From assembly GCF_028688795.1 (NCBI RefSeq), contig NZ_JAQTXM010000014.1, positions 48,234-112,233 of the forward strand: 64,000 bases of DNA, written 5' to 3'. How positions within the stretch are numbered: position 1 is the stretch's first letter; the number at the start of each line of letters is the position of its first letter. The stretch comes from Rhodoferax sp. (GTDB lineage Bacteria > Pseudomonadota > Gammaproteobacteria > Burkholderiales > Burkholderiaceae_C). A program made the position numbers and the translations under genes. Positions 63,995-64,000 of this stretch are shown here, one piece after another. A model generated the notes under the pieces. That model had not been told where the DNA came from, did no database searches, and saw only the letters and a list, made by a program, of their open reading frames with translations.

Positions 63995-64000
63995 CTCCCG

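Overview
GC-rich chromosomal segment whose gene content and order look like a Burkholderiales (Comamonadaceae-type) beta-proteobacterium. This is inference only, since no search was possible. I call about 60 protein genes. There is no rRNA, intact tRNA, CRISPR array or transposase. LEFT EDGE: the end of an integrated element, made of a partial P4-type integrase, a 48-nt tRNA-Lys 3' fragment (att) and the native tRNA terminator. A small accessory patch follows: orphan HigA-like and BrnA/DUF4415 antitoxin genes, a frameshifted secreted ankyrin gene, a phasin and a low-GC HNH islet. REST OF WINDOW (mostly core genes): DMT transporter, creatininase-family protein, yjdM, yggU and a DsbD-family reductase. 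Next is a redox block: TtrS-like kinase plus FixJ-type regulator, a pentahaem cytochrome whose C-terminal half is TsdA-like, and an SHP / dihaem DHC / cytochrome b::DHC operon. Then hemE, priA, an odd SAM-methyltransferase, an AEC transporter, HD-GYP, PIN / THUMP-methyltransferase / rpoN / lptB / lptA, dsbA, a SPOR protein and argS. Then a GT2 / GtrA / YdjC-type deacetylase cluster, LysR, a CoA-transferase, higBA, glcB, a FimV-like protein, gshB-kup-gshA, proA, rep, pldA, a CHASE-GGDEF protein and a type II secretion operon (gspIJKLMNDEF). MAIN OBSERVATION: a dispersed repeat of about 65 bp, AT-enriched and imperfectly palindromic. I found 11 clear and 2 diverged copies, about one per 5 kb. 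Twelve of the 13 sit inside unrelated protein-coding genes without breaking the frame, and always in the same reading frame for a given orientation. In three exported proteins the repeat encodes the hydrophobic core of the signal peptide. In proA one copy looks like a 17-codon insertion, while another occupies a conserved helix with no length change. Start codons were chosen by eye from the ORF track and the sequence, and all homology calls are from memory of protein families, not from searches.
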